34,231 nucleotides of DNA from Octopus sinensis (Eukaryota), in contig NW_021831701.1 in the NCBI RefSeq assembly GCF_006345805.1, forward strand, positions 1 to 34,231. Reading direction: 5' to 3'. Shown piece by piece: positions 23,130 through 34,231 of the stretch. The position numbers and the translations under genes were made by a program. The notes under the pieces were generated by a model. It saw only the letters and a list, made by a program, of their open reading frames with translations. It made no database searches and was not told the DNA's origin. Position 1 is the first letter of the stretch, and each line of letters starts with the position of its first letter.

Positions 23130-24160
23130 TGTTGTTGTTGTAGTTGTTGTTGTTGCTGTTGCTGTTGTTGTTGTTGTTGTTGTTGTTCTTGTACTTGTTG
23201 TTGTTATTGTTGTTGTCATCGTCGTCGTCGTCTTGGTGAATGTGAGGCAGGAGATGATGAGAAAACCGTTGGTTGGAAACGACAACGATGGCTATTATGA
23301 AGATTATAAAGTTGTTGTTGTTGGTGGTGGTGGTGGCGGTGGCGGCGGTTGTGGTGGGGGTTGTGGTAAAGGTGGTGGTGGTGGTAGTGGTGGAGGTGCT
23401 GGTGGTGGAGGTGAAGGCGGCGGCGGCGGCAGTGGTCGTGGTCGTCGTGGAGGTGGTGGTGATGGTGGTGGTAGTGGTAGCTGTGATAGTGATGGAGGTA
23501 GTGGTGATAGTGGTGGTGAAGGTGGCGGCGGCGGTGGCGGTGGTGGTGGTGACGGCGATGGCTGCGGTGGTGGTCGTGGTGGTGGTGATGGTGGTGTTGG
23601 TGATGGTTGTGGTGGTAGTGGTGACAGCGTTGTTGGTTGTGGTGGTAGTGGTGTTAGAGGTGATAGTGGCGGCGTTGGTAGTGGTGGTGGTGATAGTGGT
23701 GATGATGGTGGTGGGGGTGATGGTGGTGGTGGTAGTTGTAATGTTGTTATTGTGGTTGTTGTTATTGGTAGTGGTGGTGGCGGTGGTGGTAGTGGGAGTG
23801 GTGACGGTGACGGTGGCAGTCGTAGTGTTGGTGGCAATGACCAGAATGAGGATGAGGATGATGTAAGCATTGTTGTCGTTTGCGAGGGCATCGGTGGTAT
23901 CGATATCGATGGTGGTAGTGGTAATGGCGGCGGCGGTGGTGGTGGTGGTGGTTTTGGTAGTGATGATGGTGGTGGGGACGTGAGGTGCTGTGCTACTGGG
24001 GTTGTTGTCGGGGATCGTGAAGCTGCTGCTGATGATTCCGATAATTATGATTATGGTGATGATTCTACCAATGGTGGTGTCGGTGGCGATGAAGTCCATT
24101 CATGCTGATGTGGATGATGTGGATGATGGTGATGACGATGATGATGATGATGATGATGAA
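23130..24160. repeat. Long degenerate (GTT)/(GGT)/(GAT) trinucleotide region
   Basis: Direct inspection; open in several frames on both strands. Confidence 0.92.
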
Positions 24161-24362
24161 GAGGGAGAGGACGTGAAGGAGTAGGATTCCAGGTCTTATG
24201 TAATGTTTCCATTTGTTTTTCAAGATATCGACAGAAATTACTTCATATTATACACATATATGAGCGTGTGTGGTATGTATACATATATGCATGTATACAC
24301 ACAAACACATCTATATTATATATATATGTCTATACATACAACACATACATATATAAATATAG

Positions 24363-24421
<59 letters not shown>

Positions 24422-24483
24422 GGATATGTATATATATACGGATATGTATATATATATGTATATATATGTATATATATATATAT

Positions 24484-24516
<33 letters not shown>

Positions 24517-24531
24517 CTATATATATATATA

Positions 24532-24570
<39 letters not shown>

Positions 24571-25244
24571 ATATATGTATGTATGTATATACATATGTAT
24601 ATACATATGTATATACGTTGTATATATATTACACATACCCACTTGAGATAAGCGGTCCGTCTGTGAATAGTAAAAGAAAGAAAAAATTTGAATTGTTCTC
24701 TCTAAAGTAACTGTAGGAAATCTTATATTAGCGAAATGAGATTACTGGAAACTGAATATTGGAATGTATAAATATAATGAAAGAAAATTGATTACAGGTA
24801 GTACGATGCGTCGGCATACGTCGTCTTGAGCGGAAATTAGAGGAGAAGTTGAAATAATAACAATAACAATGATGATGATAATAATAATAATAATAATAAT
24901 ATAATAATAATAATAATAACAATAATAATAATAATATAATAATAATAATATAATAAAATAATAATATAATATAATAATAATAATAATAATGCGGTTTGAA
25001 TAGTATACAGGCACGACAAATTAAGCAGTTATGTCCACTGGACAATATGCCTACATCAGAACATCAAAACTGACAGCTTACTAAAAAAAGTTTCCCAACC
25101 CCTGCTTTAGTAGAGGAATCTTATCCACGATGCACGCAGTGGAACTTGTGGTAAGATTCTTACCCCACAGCCAGGCCTCCGCTTGTATCCAAACATACAT
25201 GGTCTTGCAATGACATGACGGGTTTTATTTGTGCATGACAAAGT

Positions 25245-25552
25245 ATGTGGAGACGTAATGACCCAGTGGTTAGGACAGCGGACTCGCGGTCGGAGGATTG
25301 CGATTTCGACTCCCTGACCGGACGTTGTGTGTCTTTATTGAGCGAAAACACCTAAAAGCTCCACGAGGCTCCGGCAGGGGGTGGTGGCGGCCCCTGTTGT
25401 ACTCTTTCGCCACAACTTTCTCTCACTCTCTCTTCCCGTTTCTTGAGTAACGCTGCGATGAACGGGCGTCCAGTGCAGCTGGAGGGAAAACATACGCCAC
25501 AGAAACCGGGAAACCGAGCCCATGAGCCTGGCTAGGCTTGAAAAGGGCGACG
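25245..25552 (+). mobile_element. SINE family C head and mid-body joined to a V-SINE-like 3' part
   Basis: Collinear with the 22499 copy to about 25441, then GCTGCGATGAACGGGCGTCCAGT...CAGAAACCGGGAAACCG. Confidence 0.85.
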
Positions 25553-25719
25553 TTTTTATGAATACATGGCTGTATTCTGAGATGCAATGAGGGTGACGAA
25601 ACAGTACCCAGTTTGTTTTTGAACATCAGTGTGTTTGTAAAATTACGTTCCTATACGCGAACACACTGGTACACAGAAACATATGTATCTATGTACATAT
25701 GTGCATATGCACATATAAG

Positions 25720-25762
<43 letters not shown>

Positions 25763-25890
25763 CAAATAAAAGACAGAAGATGGAATATACGAGAATATAT
25801 TATTAATTACAATTGTTTCGACACATCTAGTATCAACTCCACTTGTGGGACACACAAAAACTGGTTCAGGAGTATCCGGTGGTGCAGACG

Positions 25891-25922
<32 letters not shown>

Positions 25923-25924
25923 GT

Positions 25925-25958
<34 letters not shown>

Positions 25959-26059
25959 TGTGTTTGTGTGTGCGTGCGTGTGCCCATGTGTGTGTTGAAG
26001 TGTATGCCTGTGTTCGTATACAAATACTTATGAATAGACTTCTACACACACACAATACC

Positions 26060-26090
<31 letters not shown>

Positions 26091-26195
26091 AAACCATGTA
26101 TATATGTCAGTAATGTGTATGTAAGTATATAGAAAGAGACAGACAGACAGAGAAAGGGAGACAGAGAAGTCCACACACTCACACGCGCGCACATA

Positions 26196-26228
<33 letters not shown>

Positions 26229-26627
26229 CTAATATATACTATATATATAGATATATATATATAGATATATATCATATATATATATTAGATCTTCTACACT
26301 CGCACACTAGAACGGAGAAATCACACACATACACACGCATGCATTCATATCGGTGAGCAACTGTGATGTCAAAAGGTTTGACTATTTGCCAGTTACCTAG
26401 TTTGATTATTATACACAAATACAAAACAAAAAAAATGAACACACACACACACGCAAATACACATACTCACACGTGCACACACACACGCACAGAATCAAGC
26501 ACACATACATAAAAAAATCATCAATTGGCGAAATGTATTTGGAGCAGAATGTTGGTGGGAGTCAGACACGACCTGTTTCGTGTATTTTTACATTGGGTTA
26601 CTTTTTTTACTATTGTTGATATTTTTT

Positions 26628-26640
26628 GTTATTATTTTTA

Positions 26641-26723
<83 letters not shown>

Positions 26724-26788
26724 ATTATATTATTATATTATTATTATTATTATTATTTATTATTATTATTATATTATTATTATTATTA

Positions 26789-26824
<36 letters not shown>

Positions 26825-26910
26825 CTATTATTATTATTATTATTATATTATTATTATTATCATTATTATTTTTGTTATAATTTTTTGTTATTATTTTTTT
26901 GTTATTATTC
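26628..26910. repeat. (TTA)n microsatellite
   Basis: Direct inspection. Confidence 0.95.
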
Positions 26911-27534
26911 GCTTACAGTTTTACTACGAAATTTTTTTTGTTTTTTTTTCGATGGACTATTTTGTATTTATTATTTGTTATGATTGTGTATGTGTGTGTG
27001 TTTATATGTGTGTGTGTTGTTGTTATTTTTTTAATTTTCCTTATTCATCTACTTCCAAAATACCGAACGAGTATTTCACGTTTGATTGACAACCGTCTCG
27101 TTTATCTTGATTACCGAAGCTGTTGGATTAATAATACTTGCTACTCTAACTTTTCTTCTTCCTTTCCAACGGCAGCTCCACCTTCCTCTCTGTCTGTCTG
27201 CCTGCATCTCTGTCTCTGCCTCTCTCTCTCTCTCTCTCTCTCTCGCTCCCTCTTTCACTCACTCGCTCCCTCATTCTGTCACTCTCTTGCACGCAAAGAC
27301 GCATACAAGCGATCTTCTAATCTGTCTTCTCTTCCTTCTCAATTTCTCTCTCTCTTTTCTTCCTCTTTCTCTCCCTCCCCTCTTTCTCTCTCTCTCTCTC
27401 TCTCTCTCCTCGTCAAACACTCACAAGCAAAAACACACGTACACAAACACACACGTATATGTGTCTGCGTGTGTGTGTGTTTGCATGAGTGATGGACGGT
27501 AAAGAGATGGATAGTTGCATACAAGGATAAATAG

Positions 27535-27544
27535 TGATAGATAA

Positions 27545-27620
<76 letters not shown>

Positions 27621-27643
27621 CGAGAGAGAGAGAGAGAGAGAGA
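27535..27643. repeat. (GATA)n(GA)n microsatellite
   Basis: Direct inspection. Confidence 0.95.
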
Positions 27644-27853
27644 GTTCCCGTGTCTGAGGTTCATGACTACCTTAGAGCAGTCAACAAACCGTTTTTACGA
27701 GTCTGACTTACAAAGAATCTCATTCACAAACCAGCTCAGCAACCCGGATTGCAGAAATAACAGAACCCTTAACCCATAAAACAAAAGTGCTTGTCAACAT
27801 TTCTTACCGAATTCAAATCCCATCGTGATCAATATTGCCTTCCATACGTTAAG

Positions 27854-28253
27854 TCTTTACTCTTTTACTCTTTTACTTGTTTCAGTCATTTGACTGTGGC
27901 CATGCTGGAGCACCGCCTTTAGTCGAGCAACTCGACCCCGGGACTTATTCTTTGTAAGCCCAGTACTTATTCTATCGGTCTTTTTTGCCGTACCGCTAAG
28001 TGGCGGAGACATAAACACACCAGCATCAGTTATCAATTAATGCTAGGGAGACAAACACAGACACGCACACATATATATACATACATATATATGACGGGCT
28101 TCTTTCAGTTTCCGTCTACCAAATCCACTCACAAGGCTTTGGTCGGCCCGAGGCTATAGTAGAAGACACTTGCCCAAGGTGCCAGGCAGTGGGACTGAAC
28201 CCGGAACCATGTGGTTGGTAAGCAAGCTACTTACCACACAGCCACTCCTGTGC
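27854..28253 (-). mobile_element. Full-length SINE family A with (TAAAAGAG)n tail, apparently nested in an older family B copy
   Basis: Complete head-microsatellite-body-tail. Flanks ATTCAAATCCC...TTGCCTTCCAT and GTCGATAAATAAAATACCAGTCAA read as consecutive parts of family B. Confidence 0.9.
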
Positions 28254-28705
28254 TGTTTTTTTCTTTTTGACGTCGATAAATAAAATACCAGTCAAAACCT
28301 GGAGTAGACTTGCCCTAGCCTTGAGCCAAAATTCGAGACAATTATTATCATATATTTTTTGTTCATGCAACTGCTTGTTCACCATACTTTATGAATATGT
28401 GTGCATATGGTATGTGTGAGTGTGTGTTTGTGTATGCATGCGTATGTGTCTGTGTGTGTGTGTGTGCTTTTGTGATTATTATAATGTATGTACATAATTC
28501 TTTTTGATACATATTACTTGTACGTTCATAAGTGAAATTCTAACTTATGAAACCAGCATTGGCAATGCCATTAATAAAACATTAAACAATGCAGCAGAGT
28601 ATTTGGCTGCCAGGCATTGGAGCAAATAGCAATTACAAATCACGTGTGTGCATGTGTGTGTGTGTGTATGTGTGTGTGTATACATACATATATATACATA
28701 CGGAC

Positions 28706-28862
28706 GGGCGTGACTGTTTGAGAAGAAGCTTGCTTCCCAATCACATGTCTCCGGGTTCAGTCCCTCTACATAGTACCTTGGGCAAATGTCTTCTACAATA
28801 GCCTCAGGCCCACCAAAGACTTGGGTGAGATTTGGTAGAGGGAAAGTGAAAGAAACCCGTCA
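28706..28862 (+). mobile_element. Diverged 5' half of SINE family A
   Basis: AGCTTGCTTCCCAATCACATG...GGGTTCAGTCCC...CCTTGGGCAAATGTCTTCTAC...GATTTGGTAGAGGGAAAGTGAAAGAAACCCGTC. Confidence 0.85.
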
Positions 28863-29972
28863 TATCTATATGTGTGTGTGTGTGTGTGTATGTGTGTGTG
28901 TGTGTGTGTTTGTGTGTATGTGTGTGTTTATGTGTCTTTGTGTCGACCAGCCCCTTCCCCAAAAATTTCGGGCCTTGTGCTTAGATTAGAAAAGAATTTT
29001 CATAAAATATTTCTCTTCGTTGTATAATCTACACAATTTGTCATGAGCAGAGCAAAATATGCATGTATTTTAGGTTTATGTAAATATTTATTGATATGTT
29101 ATTACAAAATTATTCTACAAGAAAATTAATGTCAAAGTCTGTTGTATGTCACTTAAAACTCCGCGCTTAGAAATATTATACTTCTCGATACACAACGCTT
29201 TATCAAGATCCGGGATGTTTAAGGTTTCGATGTTTTTGCTTTAGGTCTGCGAGACCTACTACAACAGCGACAGCAGCAGATGGTTTCCCTCTAAACAATT
29301 TAGTCGGTCTTGATTTACAGAACTTGTCGTTTAGTTTTACCCGTTCCCGTTGTCTACAGTAACACGCACGCACACAGCGCACACGCACATTATTATTATT
29401 ATTATTATATTATTATTATTATTATTATTATGTGATGCTGACTTTCATCTGAGTGTATTCGTTCAATATCTTTATAATCAGATTGTATCTGATCGAAGAT
29501 ATGACATATAATTCGTAATTATAACCAGCTCCTTCTAGACATTGCCTTGTGATGAATAATTTAAGAATTGTTTTTTCTTGATGAGAAGTTATATAGATTT
29601 TAATCACATGCAGCGACTACTTTGCCTCGGGCGCTTAAACGTTAACAGTAAACTTATATCAATAGGAAACAGATTGTCTCTTGTTATATCATTTCGATGA
29701 GCAACAAACAGCCTGATATACATCACAACCCTGGGCCCCATAAACCTCTAACAGTTAACTTCACAAGCCACACATGTCACCCTTGGTCGTCTCCGGTTTA
29801 TTCCAACGATGCAGGAGCCATACGTGGTCGCTCGAATTGCAAGAAAGAGATCCCAAACCTCTCCCAAAACATACCATACCGCCTTAAATAAGAAAATGAT
29901 ACGTTACACAATGCTATTTAAATATCTATAAAAATCGTGATGAGCTTGGCTAGAATATCTCTTATCATAACT

Positions 29973-30038
29973 TTTGATTGATGGGGTAGATATAAGGTTA
30001 ATCAATTTGATTGATGGGGTAGATATAAGGTTAATCAA
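29973..30038. repeat. Perfect 33-bp tandem duplication
   Basis: TTTGATTGATGGGGTAGATATAAGGTTAATCAA x2. Confidence 0.92.
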
Positions 30039-30400
30039 TTATAGTAAACAATGAAATCAATTATATCGATATGAACTCTGTGATCAGCACATTTTGATGC
30101 AATCATATCTGGATGGTAATTTGACTGCATAATGTGTAGAATTGTCTACCCGACGCATACAGTTGTGTAAGCTAAATGAGAACTGTGAATGCTTAATGCA
30201 TGAACTGTCGTGGTTTTATTGCTCTTAAAGGAGTCGATTAATTGCATGGATACGGAAATACTGAAGAAATAATTTAAACCATATTTCCCCTGCAATAATA
30301 ATCAGATAGATCTGAACGGTAATAAATACGAATAGTAAAAAAAATGTGGATTTGTATACGTAATTGTTGAAATACCGAGACAATAAACATGATGATGATG

Positions 30401-30452
<52 letters not shown>

Positions 30453-30469
30453 TAATAATAATAATAATG

Positions 30470-30538
<69 letters not shown>

Positions 30539-30539
<1 letters not shown>

Positions 30540-30986
30540 CAATCGATATAAACGTATCTGTCAAGACCTATCAGAAACTGAGCAAATATAAAGATCTGGA
30601 AGTAGAAATCAGCAAAATGTGGAACCTGAAGACTAAAACAATACCTGTTGTCATAGGTGCCCTGAGAATGATAGCAAAAGGGGCTGATTGCTACCTAACT
30701 CAGATACCAGGAAACCCCAAAATGGCAGAAATTGAAAAGATAGTGCTCATGGGAACTGCTCATATCCTATGCAAAATACTTTCTATGTAATCTCAAGTTT
30801 TAAAACAAACATAATTTCGTATGGTTTTTTTTAGGCATTCACTAGTACAACAATAAGTACAAAACCAAATATATGGCACCCTAGGCATAACACCAACACG
30901 AACTTCCAACTTGTTGTCTCTTGAGGTCTCTGGGGGGAAACTTGGAGCCAGCTTGTGCAAATGTAAAGCAAAAGTCAAACATAGAA
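30539..30986 (+). mobile_element. 5'-truncated R4/Dong-like non-LTR retrotransposon (restriction-like endonuclease C-terminus plus 3' UTR) inserted in (TAA)n
   Basis: 30539-30790 reads without stops as PIDINVSVKTYQKLSKYKDLEVEISKMWNLKTKTIPVVIGALRMIAKG...EIEKIVLMGTAHILCKILSM*; (AAT)n on both sides. Confidence 0.88.
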
Positions 30987-31009
30987 TGATAATAATAATA
31001 ATAATAATA

Positions 31010-31056
<47 letters not shown>

Positions 31057-31223
31057 TGATGATAATGATAATAATAATAATGATGATGATAATGATAATG
31101 ATAATAATAATGATGATGATAATGATAATGATAATAATAATGATAATAATAATGATAATGATAATAATAATGATAATGATAATGATAATAATAATGAAAA
31201 TAATAATAATAATAATAATTATA

Positions 31224-31281
<58 letters not shown>

Positions 31282-31375
31282 GATGATGATAATGATAATA
31301 ATAATAATGATGATGATGATAATGATAATAATAATAATAATATAATGATAATGATAATAATAATGAAAATAATAA

Positions 31376-31423
<48 letters not shown>

Positions 31424-31460
31424 TGATGATGATGATAATGATAATAATAATAATAATAAT
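30987..31460. repeat. (AAT)/(GAT)n microsatellite (companion tract at 30389-30538)
   Basis: Direct inspection. Confidence 0.95.
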
Positions 31461-32174
31461 AGTGGATAAGGAATGAAAGAATGAAATTATTTTTTACCAA
31501 CCACTTCTTAAATGTCGAGACAAAGTAAATGAAATTGAGAAAACAATATAAAAACTACACAATTATCGAAAACTCTTGATCTCTCCTTTGCGTCTGTGGA
31601 TGACTGACAAACACAGAAAGTGTGCTTTGGAAAAAAAAGAACAAAATGTTTATAGAGATCGTTCAGACTGCTGCTACGCTTAACAGAAATAAATAACATT
31701 ACATTTTTATTTTAAAAGTTAAATGTGTAAAAGAAAAGAAAAAAATAAGAGCAAAAAAAAACCGCGTGGAAGTTGATTTGTTTTATTGCTTATTTCGCAG
31801 TAATCAACACATATTCGGAATTTATTTTTCCATTTTATGAAGACGTGTCTTTAAAGAATTTCAGGCGATGGCATCTAAATGCTTTATTTTAATGCCATTA
31901 TAACTATAATTGTTTCTAAATTAGGCACAAAGTTAGCAGATTTTGATTGTCGTCTGATAGTCGATACCATCGCCCCAGGGATTAAATGCCAAATCGATCT
32001 CGCAAGATTTGGACTAAGAATGTAAAAGAGTTTGAAGAAATATTATGAGGTATTTTGTCCGTCACTCTAATGGAATGCTTTGTGGTACTTTTTCTTAACC
32101 CTTTATATTCTTGCCTTTTCATCATCCCATGGGGATCACAAAATTAAAGTACCAGTCAACTGGTACTTTAATTC

Positions 32175-32600
32175 AGTAGATTTATTTTTACAACGTGCTT
32201 TCACTTCACTACCGAGCGCAGCTCTGTGTGCCATGGGTATGTGCTGTGGTTTGCTGTGATGCTCTTATGGTTACTGTATTGAACGTGTTTGGCGTAGGAT
32301 GTGTGCTGTGCCCAGTAGTGCAATTTTCTGTGTGTTGTATATATTTGTAAGTCCTGGTGTTTTGGTTATGTATTTGTCTGAATATTCTTTTATTATACCT
32401 AATGCACCTACTATGATAGGAATTGTTTATGTTTTCAGATTCCACATTCTGGTTACCTCTATTTCCAGGTCTTTGTATTTTGAAAGTTTCTCCATTTCTT
32501 TTAGAGAAACGTTGTCATCTGCTGGTATTGATACATCAATTAGAAAGCATTTTTTCTTCGTGATCTCTGACAACTATATCTGGCCTTAATTTCTTTATCT
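32175..32600 (-). pseudogene. Second, distinct R4/Dong-like restriction-like-endonuclease retrotransposon 3' fragment
   Basis: Minus 32586-32271: RPDIVVRDHEEK/(frameshift)CFLIDVSIPADDNVSLKEMEKLSKYKDLEIEVTRMWNLKT*TIPIIVGALGIIK...QKIALLGTAHILRQTRSIQ*; contains the RPD...D...K..KY endonuclease motif. Confidence 0.88.
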
Positions 32601-32667
32601 GTGTGATTATTATTATTATTATTATTGTTGTTGTTGTTGTTGTTATTATTATTATTGTTATTATATG

Positions 32668-32802
32668 TTACATCTTGAGTTCAAATTCTGCCGAGGTCGA
32701 TTTTGCCTTTCAGCCCTTCGGGATCGATAAATTAAGTACCAGTGAAACGCTGGGGGTCGGTATATATCGACTAGTCTCCTTGTGCCTATAGTAGAAAGGA
32801 TT
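32668..32802 (+). mobile_element. 5'-truncated SINE family B-related copy ending in (TTA)n
   Basis: GAGTTCAAATTCTGCCGAGGTCGATTTTGCCTTTCAGCCCTTCGGGATCGATAAATTAAGTACCAG. Confidence 0.85.
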
Positions 32803-32806
32803 ATTA

Positions 32807-32843
<37 letters not shown>

Positions 32844-32877
32844 ATTATTATTATTATTACTATTATTATTATTATTA

Positions 32878-32922
<45 letters not shown>

Positions 32923-33852
32923 GTTATTATTATTATTATTATTTGACTCGCGTAATCTTGTCAACTTCGAAACACGATTTATAGCCGGGCGTAGACTAGA
33001 AGGGCTTGTTTTAGAAACTTCTAAAATATTAACACCCATTACATTTTCACAGCGAAAATTGCATCTCACCATACACGAGCGAACACTGCCACGGCAAACG
33101 AAAACGAAAAAACAAAAAACCGATACAGCCTCATTGATTCTATTTCTTTTTTTAAGCTGTCAGTGTTTCATCCAAGTTGGTTTTGGCTGCTATTTATTGA
33201 AAGTCATGCAACCATACAGAGACTCATATGGGACCACATTTACAGATAAACATCCATGAAACATAGAGTGTATGAAACCCTGTTTCTGTAATATGAATTT
33301 GTTTATGATTATTAACTTTGAAGTAGAGAGCAGTGGATATTTTCATTTTCATACCAAGAAAAAATAATGTTAACTTCAAGGCCTAGATCAGAAAACAATG
33401 TATTAGGCTTTCACAATCACTGGACCAATATGTTAACATACATACTGGGCCATTGTAGGACATAGGTACAAGAAATATATACAAATGCATGTATATAAGT
33501 ATGCTCATGTATAAGGAAGAATGAAAATGAACATAGTAGGGGGTTTAGCCAATATAGATATAACGATAGAATGGATCAATGACGTGTTACGAGTTACATA
33601 TATATTAGTGTATATGTGTATATAGATTAGTGTGTATGTGCGCGCGCGTGTGTGTGAACATGTGTGTGTGTGTGGGGGGGGTTAGTGAGTGACTTAATAA
33701 TAAACTTTATGTTGCTCAGGCTGTGGGTATTTAGAATATATATATTATATCTAGATTAATATATATAAAGATTTTGTTTACATATTTGATCATGTATAGG
33801 CACACACACACACATTATATATATATGTACGTGTTTGAGTTTGGGAACGCGA

Positions 33853-33885
33853 GTATGTATGTATGTATGTATGTATGTATGTATG

Positions 33886-33916
<31 letters not shown>

Positions 33917-34032
33917 GTATGTATGCATGTATTATGTATGTATGTATGTGTGTACGTATGTATGTATGTATGTATGTATGTATGTATGTATGTATGTATG
34001 TATGTATGTATATATATATATATATATATATA
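33853..34032. repeat. (TATG)n(TA)n microsatellite
   Basis: Direct inspection. Confidence 0.95.
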
Positions 34033-34231
34033 TTAGATGCATGTATATGGATATATGTAAATGTACGTATGTGCGTTATGAATTATACATACATATATAA
34101 ATAAATATATATAGATATATATATATATTATATATATAGATATAGTGAGAGAGAGAGACAGAGTCATACTTTTGTGCATTTAGGATTTCATTGATATATG
34201 TATATATATATGTATGTATATATATGATATA

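Noticed and set aside
23005-24108. 367-aa Gly-rich ORF (YKVVVVGGGG superficially like a Ras P-loop) and antisense Pro/Thr-rich ORFs
   Set aside because: Degenerate GGT microsatellite with no GKS/T or other GTPase motifs. A low-complexity exon cannot be fully excluded without RNA-seq.
29232-29295. Possible small exon after TTTTTGCTTTAG (LRDLLQQRQQQMVSL) with hairpin TAGGTCT-GCG-AGACCTA
   Set aside because: No convincing donor site, no recognisable homology and early stops; unsupported without transcript data.

Overview
Repeat-saturated, AT-rich, non-coding animal DNA (intergenic or deep intronic). It is most likely from an octopus or other cephalopod; this is inferred from the tRNA-derived SINE families and the extreme microsatellite density, and was not verified by search. 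I can support no intact protein-coding gene: the long ORFs in the track are translations of simple repeats. Identifiable content: (i) three tRNA-headed SINE families (called A, B and C here) in many copies; (ii) a ~2.5 kb array of a 50-bp satellite; (iii) decayed mariner and Tc1 transposase fragments and a probable piggyBac-type MITE; (iv) two 3' fragments of restriction-like-endonuclease (R4/Dong-type) non-LTR retrotransposons next to (TAA)n tracts; (v) several short non-coding elements embedded in (TA)n microsatellites that carry minimal type I hammerhead ribozyme motifs of the kind known from Penelope-like retroelements. These include a U3-A8 core variant and a ~440 bp near-perfect palindrome with two divergent hammerheads nested inside a SINE. 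One SINE is also flanked by an unusually long (156 bp) direct duplication.
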